Shown: positions 27,020 to 38,954 of the stretch, piece by piece
How the letters are laid out: every line of letters begins with the position of its first letter
Numbering within the stretch: position 1 is the stretch's first letter
Translations under genes and position numbers: made by a program
From: Glaucostegus cemiculus
Taxonomy: Eukaryota
Assembly (NCBI GenBank): GCA_976551045.1
Contig: CDPCPM010000430.1
Coordinates: 62,001-126,000 of the forward strand
Length of the DNA: 64,000 bases
Direction: 5' to 3'
The notes under the pieces: model-generated
Databases searched by the model: none
Told to the model about the DNA's origin: nothing
What the model saw: the letters and a program-made list of their open reading frames with translations, nothing else

Positions 27020-27990
27020 ATCAAAAGTAATTGGCTAGATCTGCTTGGTAGACTGATTAGAAAGTGAAAACCCATGAGATCCAAGAAAATGTGATGTTGA
27101 ATCCAAAAATGGCTAGGTGGTGGCCTTATAGTGACTGCAGTTGGAATCCTAAAACCCCACTGGTATAGTCCCGTGGTTTTCCTATGCAGATCAATGTTTG
27201 AACTTGAAGATAATAACCATGATAAAGAAGCTTGTGTGTGACACATAAATTGGACAGTGTTGAAAAAGAAAGTTGAAGGCAGCAGGAAATAACAACTGGT
27301 CAGGTGAACAAAAATGAGGCAGGTTGAATTCAATCTTGAAAAATTGTGAAGCAACGTATTGGGGAAGGCAAGGAAGACAGCAGAATGCAATGTATGATAG
27401 AAATCTTAGATCCTATTTCTGATGCATGCTCACAGATACCTTTATTGGTAAAGACATAGAACATAAGAGCAAGGAGGTAACATTAGAACTGTGCAAAATA
27501 GGCTGCAGTTCAGATAGGGTGTCCAGATCAGTGTCAATTAGTGCCACAATGTGATTGCACTGGTGAGTGAAAGGGGAATTTACAGGGATGCTGCTCGGTC
27601 TGGAGAATTCTAATAGAGGAGAGAATGGCTACACTGAGTTGTTTTAATCTTGGGAACTGAAGAGGCCGACAGAAGTTATAATCTAGGTGTACAACATTAA
27701 AGAAGCAGCAGGCAGGAAACTGTTACACTTAGCGTAAAAAGGAAAAGGATTAGAGGTGAGGAAAATATTTCCACCTAACAGTGGTAAGGATGAGGAAATC
27801 AGTTTGAAAGGTTGATCAAGGCAGAAACCTCATCACATTTTAAAAAATACTTGGGTGAGCACCATAAGTGTCATACTTTATAGATTAACTTACTAAGAGC
27901 TGGGATTCCCCTAAGTAATTTGTTTTTGGCCTGTGTGAATAGGGCAGGTGTTGATATAATGCGCTGAAAGCTGCCTTCTGTGTCATAAAT
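27020..27990 (+). mobile_element. Old CR1 relic
   Basis: Degenerate CR1 RT and 3' sequence. Confidence 0.55.
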
Positions 27991-28993
27991 TTCAATGAGC
28001 ACTATTAATATTGTGTGCAATTTATTGTAGTATATGCTTCTTGGTTCAGTTTTAATTAGTCTCTTTATTCCCTTTTGAGCTGGTTTGCTTACTACAAATT
28101 TGTGTGTGTATTCCCCCTCCCTTTGCCAGTTTTCTTTTTTCCTCTTCTACAGGCATGAATCCATTGATTAGATCAATGGTCACCCTTTGGTCTCTTCCAC
28201 AGTTGTACTTTATTTATATGTGAACCTCAGTAGGTTGTTTGAACACTGCTATAGGCTAACCATCATCTCACTAGGTGTTCACACATGTCTTTCATAGCAG
28301 TATTTGCAGAACAGCAAGCAAGTACGAACCTTAGCTGAATTGGTTTTTCCTTTCCCTAACTGGGGTTGTTTCCTTGACCGTACAAACCTGCAAAACAATC
28401 AGCAGAAATTTCCTCTGTATTTTTCGCCATTCCTGCCTGTCTCAAACATTACGCTGCATTGCATAACTATTCACAGACCTGAGAGAGGGCTAACTCGAAC
28501 CTCGAATATCTGCCAGTATTAGATTTTAAACAAGATGTTAAGTGGCAGCATATATGAACTTGATCATTTTTAGAGTGCCCTTCATTACCTCTCTGTAGAT
28601 GATTTAGCTGATCGACTAATTTTTTTTTGTGGAAGTGACAGGGAGCTCCTGTATCCTCATGTTCTTTGGCTGGTAGGTTAGTACACCAACCAGGGTTTAA
28701 CAGTGTTAGGGGTTTTGAGTTTAATCCTTTATAAAATTAACTTCCAATTTGGTCCTTCAACCTTTGGCAAAATTTTATAAACACTAATATTGTAACAATA
28801 TTTAATAGTCTGAAAAATGTTAAGTTATAATCTATTTGTGCATCACATTTGCCACCTAATTAAAAAGATCTCCAGATAAGTTATTAATGGCAATGAGGCA
28901 ATCTTACATCTTCAATGATAATCCATGTGGTTCATAACATTGCTGGGAAAGAACATTGTGCATGCTTGGAAAGCTGGTTTAAATTGATGCTGT

Positions 28994-29231
28994 TGTAGCA
29001 GCCAGCAGGGTGCGACTTAGAAGAACATGAGGACACGGAGACTCGATCGAGCACGCTTTTAATAACTCACCAGAAGCCACGCATATCCCGAACTACAAAA
29101 AAACATGGCCGGCGGAAGTGACGTCATGCTCCCGCCAGAAGTCCCGCCTTCCGGCACTATCGCGGGGAAACTCGAACGTTTCCCTGCGACGGCCGACGGC
29201 GTTTCAGACCCTGGTAGCGTGAGTCGCTACA
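28994..29231 (-). mobile_element. Solo LTR (Gypsy-like), 238 bp
   Basis: TGTAGC...GCTACA termini, 4-bp TSD ctgt (28990-93 and 29232-35), minus-strand ATTAAA, CpG-rich. Confidence 0.8.
29113..29126 (+). promoter_or_regulatory. Overlapping ETS-CRE composite motif CGGAAGTGACGTCA
   Basis: Exact ETS core overlapping a full palindromic CRE; YY1-like aaacatggcc at 29101-29110; GC-box-like cccgcc twice nearby. Confidence 0.55.
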
Positions 29232-30308
29232 CTGTAATTGTAAAGCTTTCATGTTAGCAAACTGATGAACATCACAAAGTGGTCTCTTGTGCAGTGACTT
29301 TATTTTCTTTGGTATCTGTAGTATGTGTTTTTGGATTCCAGATAATTTTGTCTTTCAGTTGTACATTAATGACAGTTTAAAACTAAAGACAAATCAGTAC
29401 CAACATTAGTAAAATACTAAACTCTAGCATTGTAGAGGATGGTATCAGATTACAAGCTGGCTCCTCATTGAAAGTGGCTGTACTCTTGAAAGTGTGGTAA
29501 CATCTTCTGTACCGCAAAACTGTCCATTATTGTTCAGCATGGATAAAATCCAGGCTTTATTAACTGTGCTGAGTCTGCTGATCTTAGCTAAATTGTTACT
29601 AGGTGTGACTGCCAAAGAACCTTTAGGCTACTCTGCATCACAACCTCACTTACCAGCTGGGGCCATCTGTGAATGGGGTGAGCACAAAATTCTTTCAGCT
29701 TTGGTAACCACCAGGGTTAAACCCTGCTGTCACTCGTTCTATTTGTATGACATTTAACTGAGATTAACAAAAACAGAAATTTGTGAATTGTGCAAGTAGG
29801 GCGAACTATGAATTTTGAAGATGGGGCTAAAAAGATTATAAAATAATTTCAGACTGGAGAGACAAGATGGCAGAAGGTTTTTGCACTGGAAATAGCAAAG
29901 AAATTTGAAACTGAATGATTGGACAGTGCAGTGCTGGAACAGTTTATTGACATGAAAAAAGCTAGAGTAAAGTGATAAATGAGTGGGGAAAGTATGGCTT
30001 GGGATATGCATTTTGGGTTTAGCTAAGGTGGAGTTTAGACAAAGACGTGGATGAGGATCTTCTGGGTGATAGAGGGGAGTCAAAGGAAAGATGGCTGGTC
30101 GGATAAACATAAGCTGCTTTGTTCTTGGTCGAGATGCAGGGTTTAAAGATAAAGGGCACAGCTTAATTTAAGGGAATAGTCAGGGAAAGGAGGAAATGAG
30201 TAGCCGAAGGTTCAGATCATGCCCTGAATTGCAGTCAGTGAATAACTATTAGTCTTATAAAATATCAAAAATAAAAATTCAGCAATACTGCAGATCGTAG
30301 GGACTTAC

Positions 30309-31355
30309 CTTATTTGATGGCTGATTTCCAGTAGCATTGAAGCTGTTTTGTCCACCTATTACAAATACAAAATTATTCACAACTGCTACACCATGATTGT
30401 ACAAAGGAGTATGCATTTCTCCCAGTTTTCTCCAACAGCTGCCAGTCTCATCTGCAACCCAAACATCACTGCAAGTACTGTTGTTTGTTGTGCGGCCTCC
30501 GAGGATTAACATATTTTCAGTGTTTGACCGAATCCGCGAATGTTCAAATGCTAGCATAGGCTGAGCATATAATCGAGAATGGTAACTGAATGCTTCTTGG
30601 AGGTACTTGTAGCATTGGGAATCAGTTTTCATAACTGAGATTTCTTGAACGTATTCCTGCAAATCAACAGCTGAAATAAGGCAGAATCGAATTCTTTTCA
30701 TTACGTGTGCAGCATCCTTCAGTCTGTCCCTATCGTGATGCAGCCACATAGATGCACAATTGAATAGTTCCAGTTCACTGTACTCTTGCATTTCATCATT
30801 CTCCAGAACTTTGCACAGTGTTGCTTTATCCAGCTCAACAAGGTAATGATGATTTGCTAATATATATTTGTGGTATTGTCCCAGATACAAAAATGCTTTT
30901 TGTTTTAACTCTTCAGGTCCAAATTTTTGAATTATTTTAAAAATATCCAAACAATTTCCCCTACCGAGATGTTCCTCGAGGAACCTAAAACATAGAGTAA
31001 TTGCATCCCCGATCAACAAACTCTCGGCTGCCTTTAATATATCTTCAATTGTATCTACAGTAAGATCTAGTCTGTTTGAGTAAATGAAGTCTAGCACGTG
31101 CTTCAGCCCTCTTGCACTGACATTATTTAACTTAATAGCATTGTTTTGTTGGCTTTCTAATAATAACTTGCAATAACTACTCGCAGATGCTAGAATAACT
31201 TTGTGAGCAGGAAAGGTGGCTCCTTCAGCCTCCAGCGTAACATCACACAAAATGTTTCTCATGCGCAAATTGAAGAGCCCCTCAAGTAACCTGCCAGGAT
31301 AGGTGTCTGAAACACGTGAATGGTGCTCCACATTGTTGTGCAAACTATTTGACAT
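30309..31355 (-). CDS. Nested kelch-like gene, coding exon 1 (BTB, BACK, first kelch repeats); KLHL9/13/26-group-like
   Basis: 349 codons from ATG (A at -3): LCDVTLEAEGATFPAHKVILASASSYC (BTB), ELELFNCASMWLHHD (BACK), LILGGR and FVIGGQ (kelch); donor AAG|gtaagt. Confidence 0.92.
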
Positions 31356-32655
31356 TTTTTCTAAGGTAGAAGAGATCTCTGCTACAAAGTTCTGTTTTCT
31401 TTGCTGTATGAAACTCCTGCTTGATAGGAAAAAAAATTATATCATCGTTGCTATAGTCTACTAATTCATTTAAAAGTCCCAGTCCTAAAGATGAGACATC
31501 TGTAGTGATCTCTAACTGCAGTCACTGAGGTCTGCCACACTTGCGTGTGTGAAGATTTTCTGATAATAGTGATGAGGATGCCAGTTACAAGTGAAATTCA
31601 TTAGCTATTAGATAGTTCTGAGATACTTCAAGAATGTCTACTTTCAGTTTATCTGTTACATTGATATGTTAAATCATTGTATTAATGCACAGTCTTAACT
31701 TACAACTATCCAGCAGCTGGCTCTTGAAGCTTTGCAATCAAATAGAAGGTATTCTTTGTTGCTTATTGTTTTCTGCTTCATTCATCTGGCATTTTGGAGA
31801 TGTTTGACCAGTAAACTTGCAGCATCATTCAAATACTTGGTCCTTTTTGCGTCCAGTGAATTTTCAGCATGCAGATGTACTACTTATTAACATTAAATGT
31901 CCTTGGTTGTTCTCTGCTACATTGGCTCAACGTTTAGACAAACTGAATCGTTTAGAGTACTGATCACAATGGGATTTTTTTTTTTGCAGCTTAGTACCTC
32001 TTAGTGTTTTATCTTAGTCAAGTATTTAAAATGTCAGCAGTACTTGTCTGGACTTGTCTGCAGTCAAAATGCAATTGGTGTTCAGATACACAATGTCACA
32101 GTGTGTGACCAAAACAATGTGTGTTCAATATTCCAAAGGTCATTTTACAAGTGCCAAAAATATTTTTGTTTCCTTCACTAAACAAGTAAATTTGGATCAT
32201 ATTAAAAGAATCCTTGCTGTTTAGAGTTTGCAGATTGAAATATTGTAAGATTGAATGCAAATTTCCCCAAAGTTGTACCTGTGTTTGGATTTCTGCCAAT
32301 CCTTTGCTTGTTTGAATTTCTCAATTAGGACTTAGCTTATTTCCATTTTTTAAAAATATCATTAAGCAGTAGAAAGCACCAGGTCATTTTAACTTTGCCA
32401 AAGGCTTCAATATTACCATAATCTAATATGAAAACTGAAGCTTAATAATGTTCTGTAACAGCCTAATGGCAACTTTTAAAGTAGTTCCCTGCCTCCAACT
32501 TAATCCTGTCCTTTTGTTTTATACATTGCTTTGAGGTAAGTGTGAAATTTTTGTTGAAAGTTGGTTATTTTCCTTAACATCTTCATTCTATGCCTTTCAA
32601 ACCTTACACCCATGGCAACAATTGCTCTTTACTTCCTCTGTTCCAAGGAGGAACA

Positions 32656-34011
32656 GGTATCGTGGTAGGTAAGCTGTTGGAAAGGATTTTGAGGGACAGG
32701 ATCTATGAGCACTTGGAGAGTCATGGACTGATTAGGGACAGTCAGCATGGCTTTGTGAAGGGAAGATCTTGCCTCACGAGCCTGATAAGAGTTCTTTGAG
32801 GAGGTGACGAGGAAGCTTGATGAGGGCAGGGCGGTGGATGTAGTGTATATGGATTTTAGTAAGGCGTTCGATAAGGTTCCTCATGACAGGCTGCTTCAGA
32901 AGATCAGAGGTCGAGGTATCCAGGGGAGGTTGGCTGTGTGGATAAGAAATTGGCTTTCCTGTAGAAGGCAGAGGGTTGTGGTGGAGGGAGTGCCCTCGGA
33001 TTGGAGGGCTGTGACTAGTGGAGTCCCGCAGAGATCAGTTCTGGGGCCTCTACTCTTTGTTATATTCATAGATGATTTGGATGAAGGAGTGGAGGGATGG
33101 GTTGGTAAGTTTGCAGATGACACCAAGATCGGTGGTGTGGTAGATAGTGTGGAGGACTGTAGGAGCTTACAGGGGGATATTGATAGGATGCAGAACTGGG
33201 CTGACAGGTGGCAGATGGAGTTTAATCCGGAGAAGTGTGAGGTGGTGCACTTTGGGAGGACAAACTCCAGGACAGAGTATAAGGTAAATGGCAAGGTTCT
33301 TGGCAGTGTAGAGGAGCAGAGGGATCTGGGGGTTCATATCCACAGGTCACTCAAAGTTGCCTCGCAGGTGGATAGGGCTGTTAAGAAGGCTTATGGGATG
33401 TTGGCTTTTATAAATAGAGGGATTGAGTTCAAGAGCAGAGAGGTGATGATGCTGCTTTACAAAACTCTAGTTAGGCCACACTTGGAATATTGTGTTCAGT
33501 TCTGGTCGCCGCATTATAGGAAGGATGTGGAGGCGTTGGAGAGGGTGCAGAGGCGATTTACCAGGATGATGCCTGGATTGGAGGGTATGGAATATAGAGA
33601 GAGGCTGAAGGTGCTAGGGCTCTACTCATTAGAGAGGAGGAGGATGAGAGGGGACTTGATAGAGGTGTTTAAGATATTGAGAGGAATAGATAGAGTTAAT
33701 AGTCAGCGCCTCTTTCCCAGAGCGCAGATGCTCAAGACGAGAGGGCATGCCTTTAAGATAATTGGTGGAAAGTATAGGGGAGATGTCAGAGGGAAGTTTT
33801 TCACCCAGAGAGTGGTTGGTGCATGGAATGCACTGCCTGGGGTGGTAGTGGAGGCAGATACGTTGGACAGGTTTAAGAGATTGTTAGATAAGCACATGGA
33901 AGAATGTGGAATAGTAAGATATGAGGGTGGAAAGAGTTAGTTTGGGAGTTGTTTGTAGGATGGCACAGCTTGATGGGCCGAAGGGCCTGTTCTGTGCTGT
34001 ATTGTTCTATT
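32656..34011 (+). mobile_element. Young 5'-truncated CR1 LINE inserted into an older minus-strand CR1 (about 32450-34380)
   Basis: 378-aa uninterrupted ORF 32804..33940 with KFADDTK and an intact C-terminus; gaaca on both flanks. Confidence 0.95.
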
Positions 34012-34459
34012 GAGAACAACATTTTCCTGTTTACAAACTAAAATTCCTCATCCTTGGAATCACTCTAGGAAGAACATTGGACACAATACTTCAGCTGAAG
34101 CCAAAATGTTACTTTATGAAGGTTCTTCATGACTCCCTTACTCCTGCACGGTATGCTTCTGTGTACATATCCCAGCATCTCATTTGATGCATTTATCTAC
34201 TTCCTCAACTTGCTTTGCCACTTTCAATGATAATGCATGCATACCCCCAGATCTCTTTAGTTAATATTGCCTCTCCTCATTCCTTCTAAAGAAACGTGAC
34301 ACTCAACTTTTAAACTTAATCTGCCGTTTGTCCACCCACCCAAATGGCTTATCTGTTTTCTCATAAGCCTACTATTTACTCTTCAGTGCTTAAAGATTTT
34401 GTTTGTAATACTAGCTCATTTGACTGGTATTTAATTATTTTTTCAATACACTCTAACAG

Positions 34460-34578
34460 GTATGTTTTATAATTCCACGGGGACAAAAAAATGCTTTGAT
34501 ATCTATACTGAGTTTCAACATTGTGCTGATCCGACAGGTTGTGGTTTGGGCTCTGCAAGTCAAGCATGGGATTTCCAG
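34460..34578 (+). CDS. DPP7: DPP7 exon with the CADPTGCG loop
   Basis: aacag|GT ATG...TTC CAG|gtacag; GMFYNSTGTKKCFDIYTEFQHCADPTGCGLGSASQAWDFQ; the CADPTGCG loop distinguishes DPP7 from PRCP. Confidence 0.95.
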
Positions 34579-35226
34579 GTACAGAACTGTTCTATGTATG
34601 CATAAAACCTACCATATAGCTTTTGTTAACCAGTCTGAAGAAATCCTCCCAATTTTGATAGCACAGGAGAAAGGTCTTGTACAAGAGGAGTAAACATTTG
34701 TACTAACATCAGTTTATTCACTGCAACTTGTCTTTATTTTAATGCTTTAAATTATACTATTTAATTCATACAAAATTTAGTAAGACACAACATGCCCCCT
34801 GTATTTTAACATTAAATTAGGAAGGCGGCTTGTACGTTGATTTTTACAGCATTTGATTTGGAGATTCACGTTATTAATTCCTGAGATGGGTTGTTATCCA
34901 ATGAGATTAATAGAACAATCACACACATGCTGTATTGCTCTGATGTAGGTCAGCTTAAGATTGCCATAAAAGGAAGAACTGAACCTTTTGCCCAGGAGCC
35001 ATCATGGAGCAAAGGTGGCTTTAACATAGTTTTATCTCAGCATAGTTTTTACCTGAGCAATCTGCTTGTCTCCAGATACAAAGCTTATTAAACACAAACA
35101 TTCAAGATTAGTAACTCACAATGAAAATATTTCTACCTGCCCATTATAATGTTTAATTTTATTACATTGCTGTTCAGATTTACTATAAACAAATGGTTTA
35201 TTCATCATCCTAATTTTCATTTTTAG

Positions 35227-35383
35227 GTTTGCACAGAGATAAACCTGTTGTATGAAACCAACAATAAGACTGATATGTTCCCAGTGCTTCCCTTCACTGA
35301 AGGAATGAGGAGGAATTATTGTCGCAGTAAATGGGGTGTATACCCCAATACAGAATGGTTAAAAATCCAATACTGGGGAGACG
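35227..35383 (+). CDS. DPP7: DPP7 exon
   Basis: ttttag|GTT TGC ACA GAG...GAC G|gtaata; VCTEINLLYETNNKTDMFPVLPFTEGMRRNYCRSKWGVYPNTEWLKIQYWGD. Confidence 0.95.
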
Positions 35384-35463
35384 GTAATATTTGTTTTTTT
35401 TAAATCAGCCTTATAATTTTGAGTGGAAGAGGTTATATCTAACTAAGTGTATTATTATTGCAG

Positions 35464-35528
35464 ATTTCAAAGCAGCAAGTAATATAATATTTTCTAATGG
35501 TGACTTGGATCCATGGGCAAATGGTGGT
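35464..35528 (+). CDS. DPP7: DPP7 exon with catalytic Asp
   Basis: tgcag|AT TTC...GGT|gtaagt; [22 protein letters not shown]. Confidence 0.95.
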
Positions 35529-35606
35529 GTAAGTATCTGACTACACTGAATGCAGTGCAGAACAAAAGATGGTGGAAAACTAACTGTTTTCTCCTCCTCG
35601 AAACAG

Positions 35607-35677
35607 ATACTCAGAAATGTGACTCCGTCTGTGGTTGCTTATATCATAGAGGGAGCAGCACATCACCTCGACCTGAG
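35607..35677 (+). CDS. DPP7: DPP7 exon with catalytic His
   Basis: aacag|ATA...CTG AG|gtaagt; ILRNVTPSVVAYIIEGAAHHLDLR. Confidence 0.95.
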
Positions 35678-35858
35678 GTAAGTGATGAAATAAGCTAAAA
35701 CCTTTCTTTCATCTTATCACCTTTAATATCCAACAATACATGCAGCTGCTGTCATTTCTGACTATCAGTAATAGCCAAGAGGCTGACCTTTATACTGTTC
35801 GAACAGACTCTTTTGAGTCTAAATTACTTTGAATGGTTCACATATTGTTCTCTTTCAG

Positions 35859-35961
35859 AGCATCTAATCCAGCTGATCCACAATCAGTTACTATAATTCG
35901 TAAAAGGGAATCAAGTATCATCAGTGAATGGGTGAAAAAGTATCAGCATCATTCTATTTGA
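35859..35961 (+). CDS. DPP7: DPP7 last coding exon
   Basis: tttcag|A GCA TCT...ATT TGA; ASNPADPQSVTIIRKRESSIISEWVKKYQHHSI*. Confidence 0.93.
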
Positions 35962-36134
35962 CAAGTTAGATGTGACATCTGATAACACTGGACCAAAATC
36001 CACATGTATAAGAATAGGACATTATTGTTATTTGTGTTTGAAAAAAATTATGAGACTTGGAAATGTATGAAACAAACTAATAATGTTGGAGAGATAATTT
36101 TGTATTTGCATTGGTATTGGAGAAAATTTTATAC

Positions 36135-36140
36135 AATAAA
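36135..36140 (+). terminator. Candidate DPP7 polyadenylation signal
   Basis: AATAAA about 175 nt after the DPP7 stop codon. Confidence 0.55.
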
Positions 36141-38079
36141 ATTGAAAATTTACAGAACTAACATTTACAGTTTTTTCTAGAAGGAGAAAATCTCAAACAA
36201 GGTCACTTAATTATTGAAAATAGCACATAAACAAGTACACAAGTTGTTAAATGTAACAATATTAAATAAAGGGGAATGATAGAGATTAAAGCTACATCCA
36301 CTGCCACTCAATTCAAAATAAACAAGAATGGGGTAAAGAAAATACATTAAAAAATGTTTTACAGAAGCGGGCAGGGATATTGCCAATCAGGCTGAATAAC
36401 CTGTGGTAAAGCTATTAACCTGAAATTATTGAGTGTTGGTGCAGGAATTGCATCTTGCCTAATTCATCTAATATTTGTTTCCAAGTTATTATTCTTATAA
36501 TAGATGCAGCAGGCATACCGTTTTAGTTGATATACATTTCAGCAGCCATTATTCTCATTGAATACAATGTTCAGTTTACTCAAATTACTAAGAATTTAGC
36601 TGCTGTTCAACAGCATATGCAGCCAGTTACTGAACAAGCTTCATTTTTTTCTTTTATATATGGCACTTACTTTCATTGTAGTGTTGCAATTAAATGTAAA
36701 GACACTCAAGACATCCCTGGAACTACTGCAAAGTTGCATGTTAGTCTGAAAAATCCACCCAAAACAGTTTACTTCCAAATGGCACAAAAATGAAGTGGCG
36801 CTGTACCCATAATTTACCATGTAAGAAATGCAACACTAAGTGCATTACAAATAATTCAAAGGTGACAAAAATCAATATCAGCATCTAGAAATTTAAGTAA
36901 CAAATATTGGTGTCCTCGGGAAATGCTTCTAACTTCAGGTTCAAAGGCTATTTTCTTCAAACTAATGCCCAGACAAATTGGGCAACTTTGAAATAATTGC
37001 AAAATTATGGCTCATTTCCTTGTTTTACTCATTTAAAATCTGATTGCATCTCATTATTTAACCCCTCCTCCCTTCTAATTAGCAACAAATTAATAAAGGC
37101 TGCCTGAATCTAACTTGTATCCCACTGTGCCTGATTTCTCATACTGCAGGAGGAGGAAGGCATCACCAAAACACTCATTCAAATGCTGAATAAATAAATC
37201 CTTCCACATTTTTCCAAAGGACCAGCTTTTTAATCAGGAATGCAAAATTTAAAATTAGCATTATGTTGTTAGATGTATTTCAAATGCAATCAAGCTGCAG
37301 CCTGAAGCAGAGAAATGCTAAACATTTTATTTACAGAAAACGAACCTAGTCCTCATCATGTTTAGATACAGGGGGTAAGAATATTTCATCACTGAACAAA
37401 ACCTGTGCTAAGAAATTTAGTCTAATGGATTCTACTAACCACTTTTCAAAATAAACCAGCAGCATTTATAGATACACATATAGTTGGGACCCGCATTTTT
37501 CCTTAAGATATTTCACACATTGGTATTGCAAATATAATTTCATTACATATTTACATGTCATCAATATTTTTGGACTATAATCATAACACATGAATGAATC
37601 CATTTTGATTATTCTATATTTAACCAAGTATATAATTAGCTTTCTTGGTCACTGATATTTATAAGAATTCTACCCTTATCAATTCAGTCTCTGTGTCCAT
37701 AAAATCTGTTCTATTTCTGCATTCAGGCCATTTAATTTTAAAAAAGTTACATAAAATATTCCTCTATTGGACTGAACTTGACAGGAAAGAATGAATGGGC
37801 AGGCAACATGTGGTAAGCATCTTTTGTAATGTACAAAACAAGTCAATTCAAGTGCAACTCTTCTTCTAATTGTTCCCTGGTTTATATTATTTAGGTTCAC
37901 ATTTGTTTCTAAACACACCTTTGCAGTCATGGCCACTTTTTATACACACACTTGTGTAGCTGTGAATGTTCACAGTGATTAATACAAATCCTCCACAGTG
38001 GTTAGCTCCAACTGACATCATCGATCCCACAACCAAGATGTACCAGGTTTCTAGACAAAACTCGTCATTCCTACATTTA

Positions 38080-38280
38080 TCAGGTTGTCCATATTGGAAG
38101 AATGTGTGCTTCAGTATTAAAAATATATTTGTCCAGGCTGATTAAGTTAAATTCATCAGAAAAAAGAAGGAAGAAATATTTCAGTGTCTCTCCAAGGAAG
38201 AAGCTCTCCATTTTATCCCGGGGTTCGGGGTTCTCAGAACTCCGCACATTATTAATGGAAGTATAACCTCCTGTGTCAAC
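38080..38280 (-). CDS. MAN1B1: MAN1B1 last coding exon
   Basis: cacag|GTT GAC...TGA; GGYTSINNV...[21 protein letters not shown]...[13 protein letters not shown]. Confidence 0.95.
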   Translation of the reverse strand, partial: VDTGGYTSINNVRSSENPEPRDKMESFFLGETLKYFFLLFSDEFNLISLDKYIFNTEAHILPIWTT

Positions 38281-38439
38281 CTGTGTAAAGTTAAAACAAC
38301 CCAACTGAAGGTGCCTTTAGAAAGTTCTTACAATAGCTCAAGAAATTGACATGCAATTATAAACCATTAAACTGTTTAAGACTAAGTGACAACTTTGCAA
38401 ATTATAGTCACTTATTTAACATGAGAAGTCTAAGGATAA

Positions 38440-38590
38440 TCTGATTCACTGATACTGGTTGGTGGATTAATTTGCCTGGTTGCCTCTATCATATTTCTAA
38501 CAATGTCATGGATAATTGATGTCCACCTGAGGAGAGTTGGACCTCAGCTTAATGTGTTAATCAGAAAGTTGCAAAACCATAGCCCAGTTG
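38440..38590 (-). mobile_element. DeuSINE-like relic (similar pieces at about 8380-8500 plus 9369-9500, and about 59990-60140)
   Basis: Reverse strand reads ...ctcaggtggacatcaattatccatgacattgtt, resembling the Deu domain; recognised by eye. Confidence 0.45.
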
Positions 38591-38954
38591 TTGCTGTAAG
38601 CAGCAATGTGATAGAACTCACTCACCTCAGAGAAAGCTGTCCACAAAGACAGACCAGCACTAACAGATGCTTATGGATTTTCCCATTTAACTGTGCCTGC
38701 GTGACCTCCTAACGATGCTGTCATTTCAGGTTGACCAAATGCTAGCGAATTTACTGTGTTAATTCTGGGCCTACATTAATATAGGGTACGCATAAGTCAG
38801 TTCCTTAATAGAAGGAAATGCCAAGCATCCAACCAACAGAGACAGAAGTGGCTGTAGGAAAGGTTGAGCCTTTCTGTTAAGCAATGCAAACAGAGTGCCA
38901 CATTAACTCAATAAAATTCATTTTAAGGCAGGAACAAAATATTAGGCATATGGG

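Noticed and set aside
31569-31621. GTGATGA...CTGA resembling C/D snoRNA boxes in a DPP7 intron
   Set aside because: Only about 53 nt, with no terminal stem and no recognisable guide sequence.
32896-33897. Antisense ORFs over CR1 copies (also 1794, 2083, 8968, 61248)
   Set aside because: Shadow frames of the CR1 RT coding sequence.
13505-34011. Apparent + strand bias of CR1 copies in the nested-gene intron
   Set aside because: Too few independent insertions, and minus-strand copies occur nearby.
4506-35961. Alternative identity as PRCP
   Set aside because: The CADPTGCG loop and adjacency to MAN1B1 indicate DPP7.
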